Assembly: GCA_964016885.1 (NCBI GenBank)
Contig: OZ024742.1
Coordinates: 332,878,001-332,942,000, forward strand
Direction of reading: 5' to 3'
Source of the DNA: Eledone cirrhosa
Lineage: Eukaryota
DNA: 64,000 nucleotides
Positions 26,401 through 39,503 of this stretch are shown piece by piece. The notes under the pieces were generated by a model that searched no databases, was not told where the DNA came from, and saw nothing but the letters and a program-made list of their open reading frames with translations. The position numbers and the translations under genes are program-made. How positions within the stretch are numbered: the first letter of the stretch is position 1; each line of letters opens with the position of its first letter.

Positions 26401-28394
26401 GTAATACGTGACGTATTCTATTCTATAGCGATTAGGTCTTCAAAATGTTTATTATAAACATACAGAATATTTTCGAATATTCTATGTCTATATTCACATA
26501 TATATCGCTATTTCAGAGCATTTATTCCAATTTCTAATTTCTGCCGGACCGGCAACCGCTCTTTCAAACCAGTTCCTGTACACAGCTAAGTATTCTATAA
26601 GTCTCTAGCTGTGTCATTCTCGATAAAAGCACTGGATATGTAGTCCTGATGATTTCTAACAAGAATGAAACGCGTAGATTACTTCCCTTGCTTTTATCGA
26701 GAATCTAATTGTAATACGTGACGTATTCTATTCTATAGCGATTAGGTCTTCAAAATGTTTATTATAAACATACAGAATATTTTCGAATATTCTATGTCTA
26801 TATTCACATATATATCGCTATTTCAGAGCATTTATTCCAATTTCTAATTTCTGCCGGACCGGCAACCGCTCTTTCAAACCAGTTCCTGTACACAGCTAAG
26901 TATTCTATAAGTCTCTAGCTGTGTCATTCTCGATAAAAGCACTGGATATGTAGTCCTGATGATTTCTAACAAGAATGAAACGCGTAGATTACTTCCCTTG
27001 CTTTTATCGAGAATCTAATTGTAATACGTGACGTATTCTATTCTATAGCGATTAGGTCTTCAAAATGTTTATTATAAACATACAGAATATTTTCGAATAT
27101 TCTATGTCTATATTCACATATATATCGCTATTTCAGAGCATTTATTCCAATTTCTAATTTCTGCCGGACCGGCAACCGCTCTTTCAAACCAGTTCCTGTA
27201 CACAGCTAAGTATTCTATAAGTCTCTAGCTGTGTCATTCTCGATAAAAGCACTGGATATGTAGTCCTGATGATTTCTAACAAGAATGAAACGCGTAGATT
27301 ACTTCCCTTGCTTTTATCGAGAATCTAATTGTAATACGTGACGTATTCTATTCTATAGCGATTAGGTCTTCAAAATGTTTATTATAAACATACAGAATAT
27401 TTTCGAATATTCTATGTCTATATTCACATATATATCGCTATTTCAGAGCATTTATTCCAATTTCTAATTTCTGCCGGACCGGCAACCGCTCTTTCAAACC
27501 AGTTCCTGTACACAGCTAAGTATTCTATAAGTCTCTAGCTGTGTCATTCTCGATAAAAGCACTGGATATGTAGTCCTGATGATTTCTAACAAGAATGAAA
27601 CGCGTAGATTACTTCCCTTGCTTTTATCGAGAATCTAATTGTAATACGTGACGTATTCTATTCTATAGCGATTAGGTCTTCAAAATGTTTATTATAAACA
27701 TACAGAATATTTTCGAATATTCTATGTCTATATTCACATATATATCGCTATTTCAGAGCATTTATTCCAATTTCTAATTTCTGCCGGACCGGCAACCGCT
27801 CTTTCAAACCAGTTCCTGTACACAGCTAAGTATTCTATAAGTCTCTAGCTGTGTCATTCTCGATAAAAGCACTGGATATGTAGTCCTGATGATTTCTAAC
27901 AAGAATGAAACGCGTAGATTACTTCCCTTGCTTTTATCGAGAATCTAATTGTAATACGTGACGTATTCTATTCTATAGCGATTAGGTCTTCAAAATGTTT
28001 ATTATAAACATACAGAATATTTTCGAATATTCTATGTCTATATTCACATATATATCGCTATTTCAGAGCATTTATTCCAATTTCTAATTTCTGCCGGACC
28101 GGCAACCGCTCTTTCAAACCAGTTCCTGTACACAGCTAAGTATTCTATAAGTCTCTAGCTGTGTCATTCTCGATAAAAGCACTGGATATGTAGTCCTGAT
28201 GATTTCTAACAAGAATGAAACGCGTAGATTACTTCCCTTGCTTTTATCGAGAATCTAATTGTAATACGTGACGTATTCTATTCTATAGCGATTAGGTCTT
28301 CAAAATGTTTATTATAAACATACAGAATATTTTCGAATATTCTATGTCTATATTCACATATATATCGCTATTTCAGAGCATTTATTCCAATTTC
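23416..28394 (+). repeat. Right arm of 310-bp tandem array (16 units + 18 bp), reverse complement of the left arm; hammerhead on plus strand
   Basis: agcatttattcc recurs every 310 bp from 23416 (one 1-bp insertion near 26318, one substitution near 25897) to 28377; ends in (AT)n at 28395. Confidence 0.98.
23539..23581 (+). ncRNA. Minimal type I hammerhead ribozyme motif (representative of 16 plus-strand copies)
   Basis: Stem I GTAGTC/GATTAC, core CTGATGA (23545-51), stem II TTCT-AACA-AGAA, GAAA (23566-69), palindromic CGCG, then TA with predicted cleavage after 23575. Confidence 0.85.
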
Positions 28395-28881
28395 ATATAT
28401 ATATATATATATATATATCGTGATATTAGCTGAAAAAGGCAAATATTACAACATGCATATATACATATATGCACACATTACTCTTAATGTTTCCATAATT
28501 ATCATTATTTGTACTATTATTAATAACTTCAGTATTTTTATGTTTAATCATACTAATATTAACATCACTTTCCATATATAGTAGCTATAAATTATTCGGC
28601 TATTCTAAAAATGATTTCAATCTCCTGATTTTTCATAGCAAAATATTTTATTTATTCTTCCCGCTCTACACAATGGCGTAATTCTCATTGCATACATATA
28701 GCTCACCTCAAGAGAATGTCCCCACGTAGTACCGTTATGCCTTCCTATTTTCTAAAGGCAATATATGGTCGTCATGGTTTTAAAATATATATAATTCTAC
28801 GTCTATAGATTGAAATTTCTCAGTTACAGATGATCTCGTTTAGGGTGAAATCAGAAATTAATTGCTTAACATTTTAATATG

Positions 28882-28927
<46 letters not shown>

Positions 28928-29149
28928 GTATGTGTGTGTGTGTGTATACCTACAATGTATTATATATACGTATCCAAACATTGTGTCGTTTCCGATACGT
29001 AGCTAATGCAAGGCTCCGTCACCTTATAATATCAGAAACTTGAGCATGTGAACTGTAGAGGGATTTATTTGGGTATGTGCTATCCTGGAGATGATCTGTA
29101 CGTGTTTTTGTTAATGTCACAGACGTAGAGAAGAACGGACTCAATCCTA

Positions 29150-29530
29150 CTATTGAACAACCCCATTTTCGTTAGTTACTTGATCGGAGGTACCCCAACC
29201 CTGCCCATCGTGGTGTCCACATCAATCTCTAAACCGTGTATTGCATGCACTTCGTCATTTGATGTTGCATTGACATATATAAATATTGTTTTGTCAGCAT
29301 TCAAGAAAATTCCAATGTTTGTAGCCTGCATTCTGTGTGAGACTTTCTCCTCTTCTTTGGTGTTTTTAATCAAGAGGGCTATATCATCTGCAGATAATGC
29401 TGACTTGAACTTTATTGACTCCGCTTGTTTGGACATCGATTATTTCTTGCACCAGAGTCAATTAGCTGAATAAATATCTAAGGATAACTCATAAGTTGCG
29501 GCTTATCCTTCTTTTCCGTAATCTGTCTCA
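29150..29530 (-). mobile_element. Degenerate LINE RT fragment (RTE-like)
   Basis: ORF 29176-29436 contains SADDIALL...GIFLNADKT, matching the RT catalytic region and the following GL.LN..KT motif. Confidence 0.6.
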
Positions 29531-30725
29531 GGTGCTCTGTAAATCATGGATCTTGAACTTATTCTTTTCAATAAGGAAGGACAATAGTGAATCGAAATAA
29601 ACACCAGTTTCCGTAGATTCTACATTGCTGTGTCCAAGGCCAAGATAACTGTCAATTGACTGGCTACATATAACACTCTAGATATTTCACATTGTTTCTT
29701 GGTGTTTAATGTTGTGAGAAACTTATTTTCTCAGTATAAATAATCTATAACAATACTCAATCATATACATAAGTCCACCAATGATCTCTGAGCATCTTGC
29801 TGTTATTTTACCCTAAGTCTGATGCAAATTAAAACATATATGTGATCCCATAAATGTGAAAATTATGTGTGAGTGCCTGAATATGAAGCAACAACATATT
29901 ACATGGTTAAACATATCCCACAGTTAGACAGTTCTATTTTCCTTGCTCCCGAAGTTATAACCATCGCAATGCTTATCAATGTCAGCCGCTAGGATTCAGC
30001 TCAAAATTGAACGTTTCATAAGATAACAGAACGAATTAAATAATAAGAGGAAAAGGAGCACTGAGCTGACAGAAATGTGTTGTTGATTTAATACTGCAAT
30101 TTAACAGATGTTGAGTCCAAGGAGAATTAACATTACGGCTTGATGAAATCCCGATACATAACCGACAAAAATAAATGATCAAGAACTTCCATAATGAGTA
30201 ACCCGATCTCGTCAAGAATTCTGAAGTGATATATTTCTATAGAAACGAAATTTATAAGAGTTTTAGATAAATATCATAACCTTTTGGCATTCCAATATCT
30301 TCCTACTGGTCACAAATTGACACAAATCAATTTTCCAGAGTGGGGTATATTGTATATTGTATATTCTCAAATTACATAGAATTTTATTAATGCACACATA
30401 CAAATGCGCAGCAAAATATATATATAATGATATATTACTTCGATATATGATATAGGTAATGTATAACAAACAATGTAGTGTATAAAGTTACTAATCATTT
30501 TTACATGTTCCTTTAGCTGTCAATAATATATCATCTACACTAGGGAAGTGAATAGTGTATATATACATATACATAAACACGAGTGTATATATATATATAT
30601 GAACAGATTCAGGACCCCGACAGCTGAGCTACTGAATCTGTTCATATTACCCACTATACTATCCGAACTATCGAGTACTCTGGTGCGTTATGGTCCACCT
30701 GGTAACTTACCACACACTCTTTGTT

Positions 30726-30896
<171 letters not shown>

Positions 30897-30948
30897 AATA
30901 AATACAGTGTATATGTACATATAAATATATGTATACACACATATTATG

Positions 30949-30980
<32 letters not shown>

Positions 30981-31199
30981 TAAATAGATAGATAGATATG
31001 CACGTGTATATATATATATGTGTGTGTGTTTGTGTGTGCATATATATATATGTATGAATTTATATGTAAAATTTATATATATAATTAAGATTTTAGCTCT
31101 AAAATAGTTGTATAGATAAAAGCATGCGTATTTTGTATATCTAGCGATATACGATATGTTTCTGAATCAACATTTTGAAAGTCTTCAGCTATGAATTTT

Positions 31200-31588
31200 G
31201 AAACTGATGACGTAGTGCTATGTGGACCTCTTATACCACCTCCCAGATAGATCAACAACCACACTATTATTGTGTTTTTAGATGTAGTGAACCTCTACAC
31301 GACGATCCCACACCAATGCGGATTAGAAGCAATAGGATTCCAGCTTGAAAATCATTCCAATGAGATACCGGAAAGAATAGAAAAAGCTTCTGCACCGAGG
31401 GATTAAATTATATTTTACGAACAACTTTTTTTTATTCGATGGCAGCAACTACAAACTGCGATGCGTACAAAAGTCGCTCCAATTTATTCTAACTTAGTCA
31501 TGGCATACTTGGAAGTCCAGATAAATGAACATTCCAAATAAAAATACGGCCTGATGTTCCACAAATATATATCAGAGAATTGGAAACG

Positions 31589-31595
<7 letters not shown>
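31200..31595 (+). mobile_element. Penelope-like element RT fragment, frameshifted and cut off by (TA)n
   Basis: Manual translation gives LDVVNLYTTIPHQCGLEAI, AMRTKVAPIYSNLVMAYLE and ENWKRYL, which are PLE-type RT motifs. Confidence 0.8.
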
Positions 31596-31640
<45 letters not shown>

Positions 31641-32095
31641 TTGGGGAGGGTCATGTTGTTGTAATAATATTGCCAGAATTAATAACAGAACACACTCACT
31701 CTTTGGTTCGTTTTCGCTTCTGTATCTTGTCTGTATCTTTTATATGTATGGCGGACTGGCATATTGACAGGTTGCCCAATGGCGAATGGGCTCCAGGGGA
31801 CCCAGGGTAGCATTTCAAGAGCCCGCGGTAGCATTGCAGGGCCGACTGTAGTATTTTAGTTTGCTTTCGAAAAAATACCTGAAATCTAAGAGAAAGAATA
31901 ACTTAAAAAAAAAAAAAAACAATTAAGCAAAGCATTTGGTCAACGAATTTTTCATGGAATTACCAGGAACCGAAATATACAATAGGGCAAATAGCTGGAA
32001 TCAATGGTTGTACATTCTACTAAATCTAAAGCATACTGTATTCATTCATGCATGCATATATAAACACAGACACACAAGCATATATATATATATAT

Positions 32096-32880
32096 GTTGC
32101 TATTACGATCTCTGTTTACATGTCTCGCTTTCTACACCAAATTCTACCTGTCCCAATAACTTGTTTTAGTTAATGCTCGCACCAGCCTGAGGTGTATGGT
32201 CTTGAATGCGAATAAATCCCAATGATGGCTGGAAGATCACTGATGACGAACAGTCTGGTCTTCTTGTTGTAATTATATTCATATGTATCTCATTAGCAAC
32301 AACGCAGCACGCCATTTTTCCTTTATATTTTTCCCTCCTCTGTGACCAGTCTGTTTCTTTCTTACTGCTATACTCTTTCTCTCTCCTTGTATCTCTTACC
32401 TTCATTCACCCCCTCTGCCAGTCACCCTCTCTCGGCTGGCCTCTTCCTCACACTTTCACTCACTCACTCTCTACTCCCCTCCTCTTTCACTTCCTCCCGT
32501 CTGACCTGAGTGAAATCCATTTCTCGCTCACATTTCACAGGGTCTGGACATGTTTTCTCTTCTTGTCCACGATTTGATCGAACTTAAGTTCACAGATATC
32601 ACGGACTTGCTTCTCTTCTTCCTCTCTTTCCGTTGCTATTACCATCCCTGTTTGTTTACATGTCTCGCTTTCTACACCCAATTCTACTTGTCCCAATAAC
32701 TTTTTTTAGTTATTGCTCGCACCAGCCTGAAGTATATGGTCTTTAATGCGAAGAAATAATAATGCGAAGAAATAATAATGATGGCTGGAAGATCACTGAT
32801 GACGGACAGTCCTGTCTTCTTGTTCTAATTTTATTCATATGTATCCCATTTGCAACAACGCAGCAAGCCATTTTTCGTTT
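32096..32880. repeat. About 1.5 tandem units of a roughly 535-bp CT-rich repeat, (TA)n-flanked
   Basis: gttgctattac..tgtttacatgtctcgctttctacacc recurs at about 32097 and 32632. Confidence 0.8.
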
Positions 32881-32943
32881 CATATATATATATATATATA
32901 TATATACTTACACACGAACTACTGACCAAATAATATTTGTTAT

Positions 32944-33015
<72 letters not shown>

Positions 33016-33417
33016 TGAGTGAGTGTGAAAGATTAAAGGTCATTATTGAAAGTCTCTGAATTTCGAAAAATACATAATATCTTTATTAGAGAATGATTTA
33101 CAATGTTTAGAAGTCGACCTTAAGTAGAAGCAATAACATTAAGAAAGACATGAACGACACCACAACACTTTGATTTTAACAATTTGAAAGTAGGTTTATA
33201 AGAAAGAAATTGAATTAGATTTTCATAGTTGTCTCTGTGTCATAGCGGTAGGTACTAGAGACGGTGGAGATCTCGGTCTTAGGTTCAACCCTGGTCAGGA
33301 GTTACGTGTGACTTTCTTTATTTTACAACCAATAGAAAAAAACTGAAAAGGTTTACCTTACTCCCGACCAGGATCGAACTTCAGACCAGGATCACTCCCG
33401 TCTATAATTCACTTATA

Positions 33418-34184
33418 AATATAGGGATGAAAAATAGCGCGGTGCGTTGTTGCGGATGTGATATATATGAATTAAAAAATAGAGTAAGAAGCCAGGACTA
33501 TCCATCATCAGTGATCTTCTGGCCATCATAGGTATTTCTTCGCATTAAAGATCATATACCTCAGGCCAGCGCGAGCAATAACTTCACTAAATAAAGTTTT
33601 AATTCATATGTATCACCTCCGCAACAACGCAGCACGCTATTTTTCATCCCTATATGTTTTCCCTTCGCTATGACCTGTCTCTTTCTCTTCCATTACTGCT
33701 ATCCTCTTTCTCTGTCCCCCTTCTCTCTCCTTGTACCTCTTACTTTCATTCACCCCCTCTGCTAGTCACCCTCTCTCGGTTAGCCTCTTCCTCACACTTT
33801 CACTCACTCACTCTCTGCTACTCACCCTTTCTCACTTTGGCTGACAGGTGCGAAATTCTTTTCTCGCTCACATTTCGCATGGCTTGGATGCGTCTTTCGT
33901 CTTCTCGTCAATGTTTCGCCAGATCTTATGTTCACTTGATTTCTCATTTTCCCTCTTTACGTTGCCTTACCATTCTTGTTTGTTTACATGTCTCTCTTTC
34001 TCCACCTAATTCTTTTCATCCCAATATCTTTAGTTATTGCTTGCGCTGACCTGAGGTATATGACCTTTAATGCGAAGAAATACCTATAATGGACAGAAGT
34101 TCACTGATGATGGATAGTCCTGGCTTCTTACTCCATTTTTAATTCATATGTATCACATCCGCAAAAACGCAGCACGCCATTTTT

Positions 34185-34190
<6 letters not shown>
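33418..34190. repeat. Same roughly 540-bp family: inverted partial copy (33418-33590) then a direct unit with terminal redundancy
   Basis: aattcatatgtatcac at 33601 and 34141; 33421-33477 is the reverse complement of 33597-33654. Confidence 0.75.
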
Positions 34191-34249
<59 letters not shown>

Positions 34250-34253
<4 letters not shown>

Positions 34254-34351
34254 GTTTTTACATCTAGCAGAAGGCCAGCAATTTCCAGTCAATTACTGGT
34301 ACTTCATCTTATCGACCCCGTAAGGATGAAAGGCAACGTTGACTTCGACGG
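34250..34351 (-). mobile_element. SINE fragment
   Basis: ttatcgaccccgtaaggatgaaaggcaacgttgac core. Confidence 0.75.
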
Positions 34352-34599
34352 GTGACATTATATATGTATATATATATACATATATAATGCAAATCATTGT
34401 AAGTTTGAATCTGACATGCAAAAACATATATATATGAATAAAGTAAGCCCCAATCATAGTAGATTCAAATATCACAGAGAGAAAGAGAGAGATGGTGGGG
34501 AATGAGGTGCAACAGAAATGAAACATGGATTACAGGTTAAATTATAGTCTAGATAGATGTGAAACAAAACGAGGATGTAGTTGATGGAACACCCAAATT

Positions 34600-35055
34600 A
34601 TTTAGAGGTCGACCTTAAGTAAGAGCAATAACATTAAGAAAGACAGGAACGACACCACAATACTTTGTTTTGAAAATTTTGAAGATGGGTTTATAAGCGT
34701 GAATTTTCATAAGGTTTTCGTAGTTGTCTCTATGATAGGTACTAGAGGGGGTAGAGATCCTGCTGTCATTGGGTTCAATCCTGGTCAAGAGGTACATGTA
34801 ACCATTTTCGATTTTTATTTTACAACCCATAGGAAAAAATTGAAAAGGTTTACCTGGAACCCTACTCCCGACCAGGATCGAACTTCAGACCAGGATCACC
34901 ACCCCCTATGCTTTCTCCAGCAAAGCAACCGAGACAACTACAAAAGTATAATAAACATTGATAATTATAAACCTACTTTCAAAATCAAATTTAAAATGAT
35001 GTCGTGTCTTTCTTGGCTTTCTTAGAGCTATTAGTAATATTTAGGGTCGACTTCT
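34600..35055. repeat. Imperfect fold-back element with tRNA-like segments in both arms; partial paralog at 33037-33400
   Basis: gtcgacc..gtagttgtctc..ggttcaatcctggtc is mirrored by gaccaggatcgaac..gagacaactac..ggtcgac. Confidence 0.6.
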
Positions 35056-35077
35056 GGTCATTATTGAAAGTCTCTGG

Positions 35078-35294
35078 TGGATTGGGCGGTGGAAAGACTC
35101 TGGTGGAAAGGGCGGTGGATTGGCGGTATCGGTAGAGGGTCGGACGCCATGCTTTCCAGCATAGTTACGTCCCTTTACGATCTGAGTTCAAATCCCGCCG
35201 AGGTTGACTTTGCCTTTCATCCTTACGGGGTCGATAAAATAAAGTACCAGTAATGCACTGGATAATTGCTGGCCTTGTGCCTAAAGTAGAAACA
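35078..35294 (+). mobile_element. Full-length tRNA-derived SINE with 18-bp target-site duplication
   Basis: A-box-like tggcggtatcggtag, B box gagttcaaatccc, core domain; TSD attattgaaagtctctgg at 35060-35077 and 35295-35312. Confidence 0.9.
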
Positions 35295-37959
35295 ATTATT
35301 GAAAGTCTCTGGATTTCGCAAAGTACATAATATTTTTTTTATTGGAGAAGGTAAGATACTTTCCGCAAACATTTGATTGCACTTATGTATTGTTTGAAAA
35401 TTTATTTATTCATTATAAAAATTAAATGATCGCTTTCTATATGTAGGTGGGCCGCCTTTTTCTCCTAGCAACCAATACTTTTATTCCCAGTCCGCCACTC
35501 TCTCTCTCTCTCTCTTGCTCTCTCTCTCTCTGTCTCTGTATATATATATATATATAGTTATATAATAAAGTGAAATGACAGGAGGCGAAATATGTTGAGT
35601 TTCCTTAATCTTTTATTACTGTAAACACTATGCACATTTCAATGGCCATAACGAATTAATGAAAAGTTGCACATTCACAAAAACAATACAATGATACAAG
35701 GACCAGATACAAGGAAGTTTGACCCTTCAGATTTAGAAGGAAATTACCGCGACAATCCGTTTAAGTAGTGTGTTTGTTTTTTCCTTACAATAGAAAGAAC
35801 ATAATGCGTCAGGCCATAACACCTAAGATATGAAAACCTCATCATCTTTACATGTAAGAAGATGTTTGTTTTTGTAAACGTGTGTATCACGAACGTTAAC
35901 GCTCAAAAGAAATTCAGAAAGAAAAGATACTTATCACGTTTTATTAAATACCTACACAAACCTCAACACATACACGAGTACGCTACATCATACCATCTAA
36001 CTTTCAGTCATTTGTACCACAGTGATGCCTAAAACAGCTACTGTGTGGACCACAACATTGAGAAATCGCGTGAGAGATATTTTAAACATCACTTCTACCA
36101 CAACAACATCAAACAAGACAAGAATAACATCACCACAACATCACATGTACAGCTTCACCATTATAACATCACCACAACTACAACAATAAATAAGTAGCAA
36201 GAAAGGCAATTTAGCGTGTACTATTTCATTCTTTTCAATCTCGTTTCCCTTCCTTTCTTTGTCTATATACATTATATGTGTGAGAATATTTTTTTATATA
36301 TGTTTATGCGTATGTATTTGTATTGGTGTATCCACGAGTATGTGTAGCTATATTCATATGTGTATGTCTCTATGTGAATTAATGCATGTGTATATATCTA
36401 AGTATTTTTCTGTGCCTTTGTATGTATGTGAATATATGTGTGTAAATATGTGTATGCATGTGTGTGCGAATTGTAGTTTCCCAGCTAATTTGTGAAACGA
36501 ATCAGAAGTAACAAGTTATAGACGTAGGGGATCAAATATTGACCCCTTTTTTAAAGTAATCATCTCTACCCAAGACGAAACCCCATCTTAGCAACTGGTA
36601 GCCACCCGTTGCTTAAAAAATAACCGTACAGCACAATGAACAACAAACATATATAAAAATGAAAGAAATTTCATATTCGCCAACGTGACTCACGCCTTTC
36701 TAAACACCATCATGTGTGACCAGATCTAACCCCAACCCTAATTCTTTGCTCCTTAACACTAACCTAACTCTAACCCAACCCCTCTAACAACATATTCATT
36801 GCCCATACATATTTCCCTGCTTTCCCTTGCTTTCCTTTTCTCACTTCACTCATCTTCCCTTTTTTTGCTTGATTCGTCTCCCGCCGCTTCGCACGCTACA
36901 TATCTTTACACACCACTTCTCTTACCCGTTTAACTCCTTTTGTTGCCACCCAATGCCTCTCAAAACACCCCCACTAACACGAGCACAACCACGAAACCTA
37001 CCACGATCATCACTACCCTCACGACCAACATCATTACTGGCACCAGCTCTGCTCCCATCAACACCATGATCAACAACTCCACCACATCGCCATCTTCACT
37101 AACAAGTCGCTAGATATCACAACCAATACGACCAACACCTCGACTATATCTTTCAACCTCTTGCTCCCTAAACACCACCACCATCAATACCACGTTACAC
37201 TAGATAGTTGACAACAGTACCAACGATTATAACTAAAACTACTAACGCCACTGTTCCTCGACCCCCACTACTGAACCATCACTATATCATAACCTACAGC
37301 TCCATCATCACCATCTCTGTCACTGTTTCATTCAACACTACTAACGCGATCCACACAGCACCATTACCACAGTTACTGCCATCACAACCATTCCACCACC
37401 ACCAACAGCACCACTACTACCACCACCACCTCGACGTCATTAACTAGAGGTGTCTTACTATCATAATGTTCCCCACATGCGTGTGTAAAACTTGCTAATT
37501 GCTTTGACATATGCAATTAGTTTGTTGGTCAGAGCTTTCGTTTCTGTCAGTTTTTCTTTTCTTTATGTGATTGTGTGTGACTGGCTGTTTATCAGTACGT
37601 ATTTGCGACAGAGTATGTAAAAGGTTTTCTTTGAATGTGTGTGCTACTATGTATATCTTTTTACATATATTTTATATACCTTAGTATTTTTTGTGAGTGG
37701 TTAGCTACATATGTATTGTGTATGCTGTTGCCGATATGTATTGTGTATGTTGTTGCCGTTCTTGACGTCGACATGCTGAGCCATCACTCCGGGTTTAAAG
37801 AGCGGCAATCATTTGCGGTCCAGTGAACAAGACTGCCAGTGGTGGTGGTAGCGGTGATTGTTGTGGTACTGGGGGTGGCGGTGTCGTTAATGGTGGTAGC
37901 GGTAGTAGTGGTGGTGGTGATTGTGCTGATGCGGGAACTGGTAGTAGTAGTAGTATCAT

Positions 37960-37960
37960 A

Positions 37961-37992
<32 letters not shown>

Positions 37993-39246
37993 AGTTGCAT
38001 TTATCTTGCTTTATGTTCATACGAGTTATCACCAAGTCACAACCAGTGACCTCAAGAGACAACAAGGTCCGCCATGTTCAAGAAAGAACATACATATTCA
38101 CACATGCATCTTTAGTGTTTAGACTTGTGATGTACTTATATTGACAGAATCTTCCTTAGTATATGGGCAGTTCCCATTAGTACTATCTTTTGTATTTCTC
38201 CTATACGCGGGTTTCCTGGGATCTGCGATAAGTAATCATTAGACCCCTTAGGTATCATTCCCAGAGCGCACACAACCACTGGTATTATTTTAGTTCTCAA
38301 TTTCCACATTTTTCCAATTTCTATCTCCAGGTCCTTATACTTGCTCAATTTTTCAAATGTTTTTATAGATACATTATTGTCTATTGGCACAGACATATCA
38401 ATTAGCAGGCATACCCTCTTTTGAAAGACTTTCAATAATATATCAGGTCTGTTTGCATCTATTTTTCGGTCTGTTTGGATGTTCCACAAGATTTAGATGT
38501 GATCTTTTTCAAGTATGGGAGGTGGTTGATGCTCCCACCAATTCTTTTGATGGGGCAGGTCAAAATGCTTACACATTATCCAATGTATGTATTGTGCAGC
38601 TCTGTCATGCCTGTTTAGGTATTCGGTTGGAGCTATAGGACTGCACATTGAAATTATATGGTCAATGGTCTCTGGTTGTTTTTTGCATACACGGCATAAT
38701 GGGCTGCGTCCATTTTTTATTATGTTGGCTTGGTAATTTTTTGTTGGCAGACACTGATCTTGTGCTGATATAATCAGTCCTTCAGTCTCCGATTTCAGTC
38801 CAGAGGATGCCAACCACTGATGGGTTAAAGTTTTGTCAACATCAGGATTGTTAGCTCGCTCTGGGTATTTTCCATACAGAGGCTTTTCTTGCCATTTCTT
38901 AGCCAGTTTCTGTAGCAGTTCTTTCTTTGCAGTTACTTTTACCTGCTTTGCTTTTTCTGTGTTTTCCATTTCAGCAGTAAATGGGACTTCTGAAATGTGT
39001 AGTCCATTACTGTATCTTTGTGCATCTTTTGTAATGGAGTATGATCTTTTGATGTTTCGTGTTTCAAAACGAGTTTGATCATCCAATCATGTGATTCCCT
39101 TAGATATGTAGATAATCCAATTGTTGCAGTTTTCAACGCAATGTCTAACTGGATTAACCCACGTCCTCCTTCTTTCCTAGGGAGATATATTCTATCTATA
39201 TCTGCCTTAGGGTGATGCATTCTGTGCATGGTTAATAATTTTCGAA

Positions 39247-39250
<4 letters not shown>
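37960..39250 (-). mobile_element. 5'-truncated R4/Dong family 1 copy (same family as 1-1486)
   Basis: ORF pieces 38939-39229, 38493-39086 and 38136-38489 are nearly identical to the 222-1322 protein; same 3' UTR; (TAA)n tail at 37960-37990; (TTA)n at the 5' junction. Confidence 0.92.
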
Positions 39251-39293
<43 letters not shown>

Positions 39294-39503
39294 GGCGACC
39301 TACGTAGTAAATCGTATCATCGTGAGCTCCGCAAAGGTTTGTTATTTTCCGTTTGTTAAAAATTGCCATTTATGGAAAATTTTATTGTTAACTGTTTATA
39401 AGCACACATACATTGTTTTCCGAAAAGGACACCCACAAAGATTGGGGCCTTGTGCCCAAAATTTTAACTTTTATTATTATCAAAAAATTTCTTTGAAAAA
39501 AAA

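Noticed and set aside
21571-28394. CRISPR array or tandem tRNA/5S/snRNA gene cluster
   Set aside because: Units are identical end to end with no variable spacers, there are no cas genes, the context is eukaryotic, and I recognise no tRNA, 5S or snRNA sequence.
32225-32265. Hammerhead in the 540-bp repeat (CTGATGA)
   Set aside because: No GAAA or cleavage triplet in any of the four copies.
36720-36790. Interstitial telomeric repeat (ctaacc-like)
   Set aside because: Too short and degenerate; no regular TTAGGG array.
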